Below are positions 27,519 through 36,993 of a stretch of 48,804 bases of DNA, one piece after another (positions within the stretch are counted from its first letter, which is position 1; the number at the start of each line of letters is the position of its first letter). The stretch is taken from positions 1 to 48,804 of the forward strand of contig JAISHG010000121.1 of the NCBI GenBank assembly GCA_031262685.1, read 5' to 3'. The notes under the pieces were generated by a model, which saw only the letters and a list, made by a program, of their open reading frames with translations, made no database searches and was not told the DNA's origin. The stretch comes from Lachnospiraceae bacterium (GTDB lineage: Bacteria > Bacillota > Clostridia > TANB77 > CAG-508). The position numbers were made by a program, and so were the translations under genes.

Positions 27519-29138
27519 ATGAAAATACACAATATGGCTATAATATTTTTAATAATAATATTACCATTAACTATGCTACTTTCTTCTTATGTGCAAGTTC
27601 AAGTTGATACGGCTTTACTTATAAAACAATACGATACAAAACTTAAAAGTGCAACATACGATGCCATTAAAGCATACCAAACAAACACATTGCGAGAAGA
27701 TATGTCTGTTACATTAGCAGATGCTAAAAAAGGTAATATAGAGGCGGCAATATCCACATTTATATCTACCTTAACAATTAGTATGGGTGTAGGTGGCTAT
27801 AATGAAGACTATATGAGGCAATTCGTACCAGCAATACTATTTTCAATGTATGATGGATACTATATTTATGCACCGACAAGAGTACCAGTGTTAAATGAAT
27901 ACGGAAACGAAACAGACGAGTATGTGTATCAATACATTTTAAGACCATATAATTATTACTCTGTAAGATTTACTGATGCAGCAAAAAGTATAGATGTTGT
28001 TATAAACTACTCATTAGATAATTATGTAGTGGTATATGGTTGGGTAGGTAGTGACTATGTTACAAAATCAGGCTATCTAGTATCAAACAATGTAGATGTG
28101 CAAACTTCTGAAAGTTTATATAAATATCTACCTGCTTATAGGGCACAATCTGCTGGTAATAACGAATTGTTATTCTATACAGATCCAGCAGGTCAAGAAT
28201 TAATGAAATATAGAGTTACAGATCCAGCATTTGGACCTGATACTAAAGCAACGGCAGGAAGTACAGTATTATACCCAAGAAATGAAGTCCAATATGTAGA
28301 TCCGAATAGTGCAACTTTATACTATGAAGAAGCAAATCAATTTACATCATGGTTTAGGGGTGCCTTAGGAAGCGTAACAGCAGATAAAGCACGTAGGGTA
28401 GACCAAGAAGGTGGATACGAGTACTTATTTCCAGGCGATACTACACAAATATTTAATTTTACAAATAACAATCCAGAAGATTTAACATCTACTTTTACGC
28501 AATACAAAATGGAAATAATTAGAAGGTCAATAGAAGATAGTTTAAATCAAGCAATAAGCGCATATAGTGATAATTCGTCTAGTTATGATTATAGACTTCC
28601 AAAACTTTTAGAAGAAGACTGGTTTTTACTTCTTTCTAATGTTTGTATGTTAACATTTATGCAGGGATTGCCTGTAGGAACAACTTATTATAATAATTAT
28701 GCAATAGTACGTAGTAGCGCAAATCAAGATTTTGCCGGACCAGAAAGTTTGTATTTTGTTAATCAAAGTGCGGATGGAGCATTAACAGGAGATGGTTATT
28801 ATCACACCATCGATTGTACGCATTTGCAAAATTCAAACATTGTAGGATATTCAAATGTGGATTATATACAAAAATCATTTAGTACAGGTAGTGGAGAGCC
28901 AAGAAATTACTACCTAAAAAGACCAGAAAAGGCATGCTATTACTGCATTGTACAGCATAAAGACTACAAGAAAGATATTGTTGTTAATGATAAGAATTAT
29001 GATGGTGAGATAGATTTAACAGAATTCCTTGATGCAGGTGGGAACGAGGCGCGAGCAAAAGCATATTATACTACTCTTGCAAGAGAAAAATATAAGCAAT
29101 ATAAGCCAACAGTATTTGGAATGGATGGAGATGAATAA
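27519..29138 (+). CDS. 539-aa N-terminally anchored protein, candidate tip or accessory subunit
   Basis: MKIHNMAIIFLIIILPLTMLLSS anchor followed by a large non-hydrophobic, Tyr/Asn-rich region. YYHTIDC...ACYYC motif near the C-terminus. Confidence 0.4.
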   Translation: MKIHNMAIIFLIIILPLTMLLSSYVQVQVDTALLIKQYDTKLKSATYDAIKAYQTNTLREDMSVTLADAKKGNIEAAISTFISTLTISMGVGGYNEDYMRQFVPAILFSMYDGYYIYAPTRVPVLNEYGNETDEYVYQYILRPYNYYSVRFTDAAKSIDVVINYSLDNYVVVYGWVGSDYVTKSGYLVSNNVDVQTSESLYKYLPAYRAQSAGNNELLFYTDPAGQELMKYRVTDPAFGPDTKATAGSTVLYPRNEVQYVDPNSATLYYEEANQFTSWFRGALGSVTADKARRVDQEGGYEYLFPGDTTQIFNFTNNNPEDLTSTFTQYKMEIIRRSIEDSLNQAISAYSDNSSSYDYRLPKLLEEDWFLLLSNVCMLTFMQGLPVGTTYYNNYAIVRSSANQDFAGPESLYFVNQSADGALTGDGYYHTIDCTHLQNSNIVGYSNVDYIQKSFSTGSGEPRNYYLKRPEKACYYCIVQHKDYKKDIVVNDKNYDGEIDLTEFLDAGGNEARAKAYYTTLAREKYKQYKPTVFGMDGDE

Positions 29139-29146
29139 CTAAAAAA

Positions 29147-29170
29147 TGTAGGGGAAACCCTGCATTTTTT
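29147..29170 (+). terminator. rho-independent terminator of the filament operon; shares the TGTAGGGG head
   Basis: aaaaaATGTAGGGG-aaa-CCCTGCATtttttt. Confidence 0.75.
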
Positions 29171-29171
29171 A

Positions 29172-29200
29172 TTGACAAAGAAATGATTATCATAGATAAT
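29172..29200 (+). promoter_or_regulatory. sigma-A type promoter of glgP with overlapping palindrome
   Basis: TTGACA (29172-29177), 17-nt spacer, GATAAT (29195-29200). Inverted repeat agaaatgattatc / gataattatttct at 29179-29207. Confidence 0.55.
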
Positions 29201-29249
29201 TATTTCTATGCAAAAGATAAATTCTTAAAATTACGAAGGAGGAAAGAAT

Positions 29250-31814
29250 ATGTTTATATTCAACAAAATTACGGTTAATCCGCAGTTACCCAAAAGAATT
29301 TCTCGTCTAGGAGATATTGCAAATAATTTGTGGTGGTCATGGAATACCGATTTTTTAAGATTATTTAAATATATAGATATAGATTTATGGGAAAGATGCG
29401 AAAAAAATCCTGTAAAATTTTTAAAGTTCGTAGAGCAACCTAAACTAGAGACAATTGCATCCGATGAAAAATTCTTAAAGGAATACGACAGGATTACAAA
29501 AAATTTCGAAGACTACATGAATAGCAAAAACACGTGGTTCTCAAGAAAATACCCAAATAATAAAGAAACACTAATTTCATATTTTTCAGCCGAATATGGT
29601 TTGGACGAGATATTACCAATATATTCTGGTGGACTTGGAATTTTATCTGGCGATCACCTAAAATCTGCGAGCGATTTAGGGCTTCCTTTTGTTGCAGTAG
29701 GATTGTTATATAAAAATGGTTACTTTTGGCAAAAAATAGGTGCATATGGTGAGCAAAAAACTGAATATTACAATATAGACCTAGAAAATCTTCCTGTTGT
29801 ACCAGTAAAAAAAGAAGATGGTGAAGAACTAATTATTAAAGTTAAACTTCCTAAAGCAGATGTTTCCTTAAAAGTATGGCAAATTTCTGTTGGAAGAATA
29901 AAACTATACTTATTAGATTCAGATATTCCACAAAATAAAGAAGAGTATAAGGGCATAACATTAAGACTATATGGCGGAGATCAAGAAATGAGAATTCAGC
30001 AAGAAATAGTTTTAGGGATGGCTGGAGCACATCTTTTAAAAGAATTAGGGCTAAAACCTACAGTTTATCACATGAACGAAGGACATTCTGCATTTTTAGT
30101 TTTAGAAACAATAAGAGATATTATGAAAGAAAATCAAGTATCATTTAATATAGCAAAAGATATAGTTACAGCTAAAACAGTATTTACAACGCACACTCCA
30201 GTTCCTGCCGGAAACGACATGTTTCCGTTAGAACTTATGGAAAAATATTTTGATGGTTTCTGGGAAGAAGTTGGATTAACAAAAGAAGACTTCCTTAAAC
30301 TTGGCATGAAAGATAGTGCGACACTAGATTCTAAATTTAATATGGGAATTTTAGCTTTACGAATAGCAGGCAAGAAAAATGGTGTGAGTAAGTTGCATGG
30401 AGCAGTTTCTAGAGAATTATTTGGCGATGTTTGGAATAACATTGCTGCAAACGAATCTCCAATAACTCATGTTACAAATGGAATACATACGTGTACATGG
30501 TTAGCTCCAAATTTAAAAGAATTATATAATGAATATTTGTCAGCATACTGGCAAGATGATATTCAAAATGATGATACATGGTTAAAAATTCATGATATTC
30601 CAAACAAAAAATTGTGGGATGCACATTTTTTTAGAAAACAAAAATTAATGGAACTTGAAAAAGAAAATTTAACACATTCCTTTAAAAACAATGGTATGGG
30701 ATACGAAAAAATAAGAGAGATAACATCAAAATTGAACCCTAATGCTTTAGTAATAGGTTTTGCAAGAAGATTTGCAACATATAAAAGAGCAACATTACTA
30801 TTTAAAGATTTAGAAAGAATTACACAAATATTAAATGATGAAAATAGACCAGTTCAAATAGTATTTGCAGGAAAAGCACATCCGGCAGACAAAGAAGGGC
30901 AAGACTTAATAAAATATATACACGAAATTTCCATGATGCCACAATTTAAAGGAAAGATATTCGTATTAGAAAATTACAATATAGGTTTAGCGCGTTATTT
31001 AATATCTGGTGTAGATGTATGGCTTAATAATCCTCGTAGACCTATGGAAGCCTCAGGTACAAGTGGGCAAAAAGCTTCTATAAATGGCGTTTTAAACTTT
31101 AGTGTACTAGATGGTTGGTGGGCAGAAGGTTACAATATGAAAAACGGATGGGCAATAGGCACAAACGCAGAATATGAATCTTACGAAGTACAAGACATGG
31201 CAGATAGTGATAGCTTATATCACATACTAGAAAATAAAATCATACCAACATATTATAATAAAAACGCAGAAGGCTATTCTGATGATTGGGTAGAATTGAT
31301 GAAAAATTCTATTGCATCAACTGCAGGCAAATATAGTACTTCAAGGATGCTAATTGACTATGTAAGTGATTTATATATGCCTCTTGTAGATTTAAGTAAA
31401 ACTTATTTTAGTAACCTAGATAAAGTTACAGAATACAATAAATTTAAACAAGACTTATATTCAAATTGGAATGACATTACAATTTCCCAAGCAAATAATT
31501 TAGATAATATTACAATAGATGCAGGAAATAATATAGAAGTTAAGTGCAAAGTAAAATTACCAAATATATTACCAGAAAATATTGAAGTTCAAGTTTATTG
31601 TGGCAAAGTATTAGAAAATGGAGTTGTCGAAAATATCGGAATAATACCAATGGAATTAGTTGATTCAGAGGCGAAGAAGAAAGTATATACTTACGAAGCA
31701 AAAATAGAATTATCAACTGGTGGAAATTATGGATATACATTCAGAGTAATGCCAAAGCACGAAATGCTACTTGACAGTGCCAATTTGAATTTGGTAAAAT
31801 GGATAACATCATGA
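29250..31814 (+). CDS. glgP: alpha-glucan phosphorylase (GT35, DUF3417-type N-terminus)
   Basis: NLWWSWN N-terminal block and PLP-lysine block EASGTSGQKA. 854 aa. Confidence 0.9.
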   Translation: MFIFNKITVNPQLPKRISRLGDIANNLWWSWNTDFLRLFKYIDIDLWERCEKNPVKFLKFVEQPKLETIASDEKFLKEYDRITKNFEDYMNSKNTWFSRKYPNNKETLISYFSAEYGLDEILPIYSGGLGILSGDHLKSASDLGLPFVAVGLLYKNGYFWQKIGAYGEQKTEYYNIDLENLPVVPVKKEDGEELIIKVKLPKADVSLKVWQISVGRIKLYLLDSDIPQNKEEYKGITLRLYGGDQEMRIQQEIVLGMAGAHLLKELGLKPTVYHMNEGHSAFLVLETIRDIMKENQVSFNIAKDIVTAKTVFTTHTPVPAGNDMFPLELMEKYFDGFWEEVGLTKEDFLKLGMKDSATLDSKFNMGILALRIAGKKNGVSKLHGAVSRELFGDVWNNIAANESPITHVTNGIHTCTWLAPNLKELYNEYLSAYWQDDIQNDDTWLKIHDIPNKKLWDAHFFRKQKLMELEKENLTHSFKNNGMGYEKIREITSKLNPNALVIGFARRFATYKRATLLFKDLERITQILNDENRPVQIVFAGKAHPADKEGQDLIKYIHEISMMPQFKGKIFVLENYNIGLARYLISGVDVWLNNPRRPMEASGTSGQKASINGVLNFSVLDGWWAEGYNMKNGWAIGTNAEYESYEVQDMADSDSLYHILENKIIPTYYNKNAEGYSDDWVELMKNSIASTAGKYSTSRMLIDYVSDLYMPLVDLSKTYFSNLDKVTEYNKFKQDLYSNWNDITISQANNLDNITIDAGNNIEVKCKVKLPNILPENIEVQVYCGKVLENGVVENIGIIPMELVDSEAKKKVYTYEAKIELSTGGNYGYTFRVMPKHEMLLDSANLNLVKWITS

Positions 31815-31830
31815 AAGGATGTAGTATTAT

Positions 31831-33264
31831 ATGAGAAAAACTAAGATCGTGTGTACAGTTGGACCTGCAAGCGGCACTGTAGAAGTATTAAAAGAGTTAA
31901 TAAATGCCGGAATGAATGTTGCTAGAATAAATTTTTCACATGGTTCATACCCAGAACAAGAGAAGTTTATAAATGCAGTAAAGCAGGCGAGAGAAGAGAC
32001 AAAAAAACCAATTTCCATGATGCTAGATATGCAAGGACCAGAGATAAGAACAGGTAAACTGGAAAATGCACCTATTACACTTAAGGAAGGGCAAGCGTTT
32101 ACTTTGTATTATGAGGATACAATAGGAAATGAAAATGGAGTATCCATATCATACAAAGATTTATATAAAGACGTAAAAATTGGAACTAAAATTTTAGTAG
32201 ATGATGGTTTAATAGCGTTAGTCGTAGAACAAATAGAAGATAAAAATATAGTATGTAGGGTTGTAAATACCGCTTCTTTGGGAAACAGAAAAAGCATAAA
32301 TGTTCCAGGATGCAAAGTGAAATTACCTAGTTTAACACCAAAAGATATACAAGATTTAAAGGATGCAGTAAGAGTAGATTTTGATTATGTTGCAATTTCT
32401 TTTGTTAGGAATGCAGAAGATGTTAAAAATGTAAGAAAAGTGCTAGACGATAATGGTGGACAGAACATTAAAATAATATCAAAAATTGAGAATCAAGAAG
32501 GCATAGATAATTTTAAAGAAATATTAGAATTATCAGATGGTATAATGATAGCACGAGGAGATCTGGGAGTAGAGATACCATTAGAGCGAGTGCCAATAAT
32601 TCAAAAAGAGTTTATAAAAGCATGCAATAGAGCAAATAAATTGGTTATAACAGCGACTCAAATGTTAGAATCAATGTGTTGTTCTCCAAGACCTACAAGA
32701 GCAGAAGTTAGCGATGTGGCAAATGCTATATTCGATGGAACAGGCGCAATAATGCTTTCTGGAGAAAGTGCAACGGGAAAATTCCCTGTAGAATGTGTTA
32801 AAACAATGAATTGTATTTCAGAGGCAATAGAAGATTCTATAGGCTATTGGAGCAGATTTAAAAAGCGAGATTACGACATAAATGAATTGTCCGATGAAAG
32901 AAGATTAAGTTATTCTGTTTGTGCAACAGCGTTAAATATGGAAGCTAAAGCAATAGTTGCTTATACACATACAGGAGACACTCCAAGGACTTTATCAAGT
33001 TACTTACCTTCTTGCCCGGTATATGCTGTTACAGAAAACGAAAAAACATATAGACAATTATCTTTAACATGGGGAATAATACCATTGTTGTACGATAGAC
33101 AAGAAACCTACGATAGCATGTTAAAAACTGCAATATCAGACTTAATAGATAACCAAACATTAGAAAAAGGCGATCTTATAATTGTATCAGGAGGATTAGG
33201 ATTGTATCCTGAAACAGAAGAAATGGGCATAAATAGAATGATAGGTAGAGTTGTAAGATTATAA
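31831..33264 (+). CDS. pyk: pyruvate kinase
   Basis: MRKTKIVCTVGPAS, MIARGDLGVEIP and MLSGESA blocks. 477 aa. Confidence 0.95.
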   Translation: MRKTKIVCTVGPASGTVEVLKELINAGMNVARINFSHGSYPEQEKFINAVKQAREETKKPISMMLDMQGPEIRTGKLENAPITLKEGQAFTLYYEDTIGNENGVSISYKDLYKDVKIGTKILVDDGLIALVVEQIEDKNIVCRVVNTASLGNRKSINVPGCKVKLPSLTPKDIQDLKDAVRVDFDYVAISFVRNAEDVKNVRKVLDDNGGQNIKIISKIENQEGIDNFKEILELSDGIMIARGDLGVEIPLERVPIIQKEFIKACNRANKLVITATQMLESMCCSPRPTRAEVSDVANAIFDGTGAIMLSGESATGKFPVECVKTMNCISEAIEDSIGYWSRFKKRDYDINELSDERRLSYSVCATALNMEAKAIVAYTHTGDTPRTLSSYLPSCPVYAVTENEKTYRQLSLTWGIIPLLYDRQETYDSMLKTAISDLIDNQTLEKGDLIIVSGGLGLYPETEEMGINRMIGRVVRL

Positions 33265-33290
33265 TTACTGCGAAGAATTGCCCCATAAAA

Positions 33291-33319
33291 TGTAGGGGTC
33301 GCATATTAGGCGACCCTGC
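33291..33319 (+). repeat. REP-like GTAG-headed hairpin
   Basis: tgtaggggtcgc-atattag-gcgaccctgc. Confidence 0.6.
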
Positions 33320-33365
33320 TCATAAGAATTACCCTAATTAATTAAAGAGAAATACATCTAAAACG

Positions 33366-33394
33366 TTGACATGAAAAAAAGTTTATGGTAAAGT
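33366..33394 (+). promoter_or_regulatory. sigma-A type promoter of the rpmG-secE-nusG cluster
   Basis: TTGACA (33366-33371), 17-nt spacer, TAAAGT (33389-33394). Confidence 0.55.
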
Positions 33395-33468
33395 ATTATA
33401 GTCTGTTTATAAAAGCAGGCGTATCACATCGTTTTTTAAGTGAAATCCAAACGGAGGTGGAACAAAAC

Positions 33469-33633
33469 ATGGCAGCAAAAGGACCTAGAGAAAACATAAC
33501 AATAGAATGTACAGAATGTAAAAGCAGAAATTATGTAACAAGCAAAAACAAAAGAAACAATGCAGATAGGTTAGAAATAACAAAGTATTGTAAATTTTGT
33601 AAAAAAAGAACACCACATAAGGAAACAAAATAA
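33469..33633 (+). CDS. rpmG: 50S ribosomal protein L33
   Basis: 54 aa with CTECKSRNY...[12 protein letters not shown]. The start was trimmed to ATG 33469 behind GGAGGTGG. Confidence 0.93.
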   Translation: MAAKGPRENITIECTECKSRNYVTSKNKRNNADRLEITKYCKFCKKRTPHKETK

Positions 33634-33654
33634 TAGCTGTTTAGGAGGAAGCAA

Positions 33655-34008
33655 ATGGCTAAAGATAAAATTGAAAAAAAACAAAACAAGCATTTTGTTA
33701 AAGATTTTAAGTCAGAACTTAAAAAAGTTGTTTGGCCAACACCAAAGCAACTTGTTAATAGTACTATATCAGTAATTACAATAGTTTTAATTGTTGCATT
33801 ACTAGTATTTGTATTAGATTTTTGTTTTGAATTATTAAATAAATCTGGAATCAACAAATTAAAAGAAGTGGTAACTAATAGTAATGCACAAGTGTCTCCA
33901 AGTCCAGCGGTAGAGACGGAAACACTTCAGGAAGATCCGGCTGATGATTCTACAGTAGTGGAACCAACAGCAGATACTAATGCTGGGACAGAAAATACAG
34001 AACAATAG
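33655..34008 (+). CDS. secE: preprotein translocase subunit SecE with about 50-aa acidic/Thr-rich C-terminal extension
   Basis: FVKDFKSELKKVVWPTPKQL followed by a single TM helix. Gene order is rpmG-secE-nusG. Confidence 0.88.
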   Translation: MAKDKIEKKQNKHFVKDFKSELKKVVWPTPKQLVNSTISVITIVLIVALLVFVLDFCFELLNKSGINKLKEVVTNSNAQVSPSPAVETETLQEDPADDSTVVEPTADTNAGTENTEQ

Positions 34009-34032
34009 AAATAATTGTAGAAGGAGGCTAAA

Positions 34033-34560
34033 ATGTCTCAAATTGATGCCGAAGCTAGATGGTATGTTATTCATACATACTCTGGTTACGAAAACAAGGT
34101 AAAAGCCGATTTAGAAAAAAAGATTAAAAATAGAGAATTAGAAGAGTATTTTGTGGAAATCATTGTTCCAATGGAAGAACAAATAGAAATAAAAGAAGGA
34201 AAAACAAAAACAAGCCTAAAAAAAGTTTTCCCAGGATACGTACTAATTAAAATGATTGTAACAGAAGAAACATGGTATATAGTTAGAAACACCAGAGGAG
34301 TTACAGGTTTCGTTGGTTCTGGAACAGAGCCAATTCCATTAACACCAGAAGAAATGCGAAACATGGGAATAGAGCTTGTAGTAGTAACAGTAGATTACGA
34401 AATAAATGATACAGTAAAAATAGTTACTGGACCGCTAGAAGGCTTTATTGGAACAGTTCAGGAAATAAATAAAGAAAAAAGTAAAGTTAAAGTTATGGTT
34501 TCTATGTTTGGAAGAGAAACACCGGTTGAACTAGAGTTTTCTCAAGTAGAAAAAGTATAG
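34033..34560 (+). CDS. nusG: transcription termination/antitermination factor NusG
   Basis: WYVIHTYSGYENKV NGN block and a C-terminal KOW domain. Confidence 0.95.
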   Translation: MSQIDAEARWYVIHTYSGYENKVKADLEKKIKNRELEEYFVEIIVPMEEQIEIKEGKTKTSLKKVFPGYVLIKMIVTEETWYIVRNTRGVTGFVGSGTEPIPLTPEEMRNMGIELVVVTVDYEINDTVKIVTGPLEGFIGTVQEINKEKSKVKVMVSMFGRETPVELEFSQVEKV

Positions 34561-34601
34561 AAATTATATAGTATAAATTTTTGGTTAAGGAGGTGCAAGA
34601 A

Positions 34602-35030
34602 ATGGCAGAAAAGGAAATAAGCAATATAATTAAATTACAAATAGAAGCAGGCAAAGCAACACCAGCACCACCAGTTGGTCCAGCATTAGGTTCAAGTGGT
34701 GTAAATATTATGAATTTTGTTAAAGAATTTAACGATAGAACTGCAAATCAACCAGGAATGATAATACCAGTTGTTATAACAGTTTATAAAGATAAATCGT
34801 TCGAATTTATAACAAAAGTACCACCTGTTGCAGTGTTAATTAGAAAAGCTATTAAAATTGAAAAAGGTTCTGGAAAACCAAACAAAGATAAAGTTGGTAA
34901 AATTTCTAAGGAACAAGTAAAACAGATTGCAGAACAAAAAATGACAGATTTAAATGCCGCATCTGTAGAAACAGCTATGAGTATGGTTGCTGGTACAGCA
35001 AGATCTATGGGAGTTGTAGTTACAGAATAA
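34602..35030 (+). CDS. rplK: 50S ribosomal protein L11
   Basis: [20 protein letters not shown] block. The start was trimmed to ATG 34602 behind AAGGAGG. Confidence 0.95.
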   Translation: MAEKEISNIIKLQIEAGKATPAPPVGPALGSSGVNIMNFVKEFNDRTANQPGMIIPVVITVYKDKSFEFITKVPPVAVLIRKAIKIEKGSGKPNKDKVGKISKEQVKQIAEQKMTDLNAASVETAMSMVAGTARSMGVVVTE

Positions 35031-35081
35031 TAATAATTTTAAATGGGAGAGGGAGACCTCGTTAATACCAAAGGAGGAAAA

Positions 35082-35765
35082 ATGAAAAGAGGAAAATTAT
35101 ATCAAGATTCAGAAAAATTAATTGATAGAAATAAAGAATATGATGCAAATGAAGCATTAGAAATAATTGAAAAAATGCCAAAAAGAAAATTCGATGAAAC
35201 ACTTGAACTACATGTAAGATTAGGTGTTGACTCTAAGCATGCAGACCAACAAGTTAGAGGAACAGTAGTTCTTCCACATGGTACTGGTAAAACTTTAAGA
35301 GTTTTAGTATTTGCTAAAGGAGATAAAGCTAAAGAGGCACAAGATGCAGGGGCAGACTTTGTTGGTGCAGAAGAATTAGTTCCAAAAATCGAAAAAGAAA
35401 ACTGGTTCGAATATGATGTAATAGTAGCAACTCCAGATATGATGGGTGTTATAGGTAGACTTGGAAAAGTTTTAGGTCCAAAAGGATTAATGCCTAACCC
35501 AAAATCAGGAACTGTTACAATGAATGTTGCTAAAGCAATTGAAGAAATAAAATCTGGTAAGGTAGAATATAGATTAGATAAAACAAATATTGTTCACCTT
35601 GGATTTGGTAAGCTTTCATTTGGTGCAGATAAACTTTTAGAAAACTATCAAACAATTATAGAAGCAATTATAAAAGCAAAACCATCATCAGCAAAAGGAC
35701 AATATATTAAAAGTGTAGCAATATCAACAACGATGGGACCAAGTTTATATATAAATCAAAAATAG
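35082..35765 (+). CDS. rplA: 50S ribosomal protein L1
   Basis: [14 protein letters not shown] and [11 protein letters not shown] blocks. The start was trimmed to ATG 35082 behind AAGGAGG. Confidence 0.95.
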   Translation: MKRGKLYQDSEKLIDRNKEYDANEALEIIEKMPKRKFDETLELHVRLGVDSKHADQQVRGTVVLPHGTGKTLRVLVFAKGDKAKEAQDAGADFVGAEELVPKIEKENWFEYDVIVATPDMMGVIGRLGKVLGPKGLMPNPKSGTVTMNVAKAIEEIKSGKVEYRLDKTNIVHLGFGKLSFGADKLLENYQTIIEAIIKAKPSSAKGQYIKSVAISTTMGPSLYINQK

Positions 35766-35769
35766 TTAA

Positions 35770-35885
35770 AAATAGTATAGCCAAAGACAGTAGGCAAAAA
35801 AGTAAGTCTTACCGAGGTATAAAGTGTTAGGTAAAACCTAATTTTATGCCTTGCAAGGCGTAAAATTAGGTTTTTGTTTTTTGCG
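35770..35885 (+). promoter_or_regulatory. ribosomal protein L10 leader / attenuator
   Basis: 195-nt untranslated gap before rplJ. It contains an 18-bp stem, aacctaattttatgcctt / aaggcgtaaaattaggtt (35835-35872), followed by tttgttttttg. Confidence 0.65.
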
Positions 35886-35960
35886 AAATTTTTCAACTTA
35901 AGTTATGAGAAAAATTTCTATAAAGAATAAATATATAAATTAATTTTAGGAGGTGAAAAA

Positions 35961-36461
35961 ATGGCAAGTGAAAAAACTATCTTAGAAAAGAAAGAGAAAG
36001 TTTCTGCATTAGCAGAAAAATTCAAAGCTGCAAAGTGTATAATTATAGCTGAATATAGAGGTATAAATGTTTTAGATGTAACAAATTTAAGAGCAACTTT
36101 AAGAAGCTCTAATACAGAATATAAAGTTATAAAAAACAACATAACTAAAAGGGCATTTGAAGAAGCTTCTATAGAAGGATTAGAAGATGCTTTATTAGGT
36201 CCTAATGCAGTAATCATAAATAATGAAGATTATTTAGCTCCAGCTAAAGCTTTATATGAATACTCAAAAGAAAATGAGTTTTATAAAATTAAAGGCGGAG
36301 TTATAGATGGTAAAGTTTTATCTGCAGAGGATATAGTAGCCTTAGCGAAACTTCCATCAAAAGAAGTTCTTGTTGCACAGCTTGCTGGTGCATTACTTGG
36401 AAATATTACAAAACTTGCGGTAGCATTAGGACAAGTAAAAGAACAAAAAGAAGCAGCATAA
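35961..36461 (+). CDS. rplJ: 50S ribosomal protein L10
   Basis: 166 aa, positioned between rplA and rplL, with a typical L10 N-terminus. Confidence 0.93.
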   Translation: MASEKTILEKKEKVSALAEKFKAAKCIIIAEYRGINVLDVTNLRATLRSSNTEYKVIKNNITKRAFEEASIEGLEDALLGPNAVIINNEDYLAPAKALYEYSKENEFYKIKGGVIDGKVLSAEDIVALAKLPSKEVLVAQLAGALLGNITKLAVALGQVKEQKEAA

Positions 36462-36540
36462 CTATATATATTTAAAATCTTATCAAATAGGGTAGTGAAC
36501 TTTAACCACTAGAAAATAATATTTTAGGAGGAATTTAAAA

Positions 36541-36912
36541 ATGGCTGATATAGCAAAATTATTAGAAGAAATAGATAACTTAACTGTTATTGAATTATCT
36601 GAATTAGTAAAAGGAATAGAAGAAAAATATGGAGTATCTGCAGCAGCAGTTGCAGCACCAGCAGCAGGAGCTGCAGTAGCTGGAGCAGCAGCAGAAGAAA
36701 AATCTGAATTTGATGTAGTATTAAAAGCATCTGGAGATAACAAAATTGGTGTTATCAAAATAGTTAAAGAAGTATTAGGATTAGGATTAAAGGAAGCAAA
36801 AGACTTAGTTGATGGAGCACCAAAAACTATAAAAGAGAAAGTTAAAAAAGAAGAAGCAGAAGAATTAAATGCAAAATTAACAGAAGCAGGAGCAACTGTA
36901 GAATTAGTTTAA
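36541..36912 (+). CDS. rplL: 50S ribosomal protein L7/L12
   Basis: Ala-rich hinge and C-terminal [12 protein letters not shown]...EAGA block. Confidence 0.96.
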   Translation: MADIAKLLEEIDNLTVIELSELVKGIEEKYGVSAAAVAAPAAGAAVAGAAAEEKSEFDVVLKASGDNKIGVIKIVKEVLGLGLKEAKDLVDGAPKTIKEKVKKEEAEELNAKLTEAGATVELV

Positions 36913-36938
36913 GATTTAGTGTATTATTATATTATATG

Positions 36939-36966
36939 GGGTGGCGGGCTCATACGGTCCGCCCTC
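36939..36966 (+). terminator. GC-rich hairpin after rplL (weak T-tract)
   Basis: ggcgg...ccgcc stem within ggggtggcgggctcatacggtccgccctc. Confidence 0.35.
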
Positions 36967-36993
36967 TTAATCTATAATAGGAGATGAAAGTTT

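Noticed and set aside
33385-35081. Long N-terminal extensions in the ORF track for rpmG, rplK, rplA (and likewise recA, abrB, ymdB and the MENA pilins).
   Set aside because: The upstream in-frame starts lack an RBS, whereas the internal ATG codons sit 7-11 nt after AAGGAGG-type sites and give family-typical N-termini. I trimmed the coordinates accordingly.
36483-36758. 91-aa minus-strand ORF with an Ala/Pro-rich run.
   Set aside because: It is the mirror image of the Ala-rich hinge-coding region of rplL. This is an antisense artefact.
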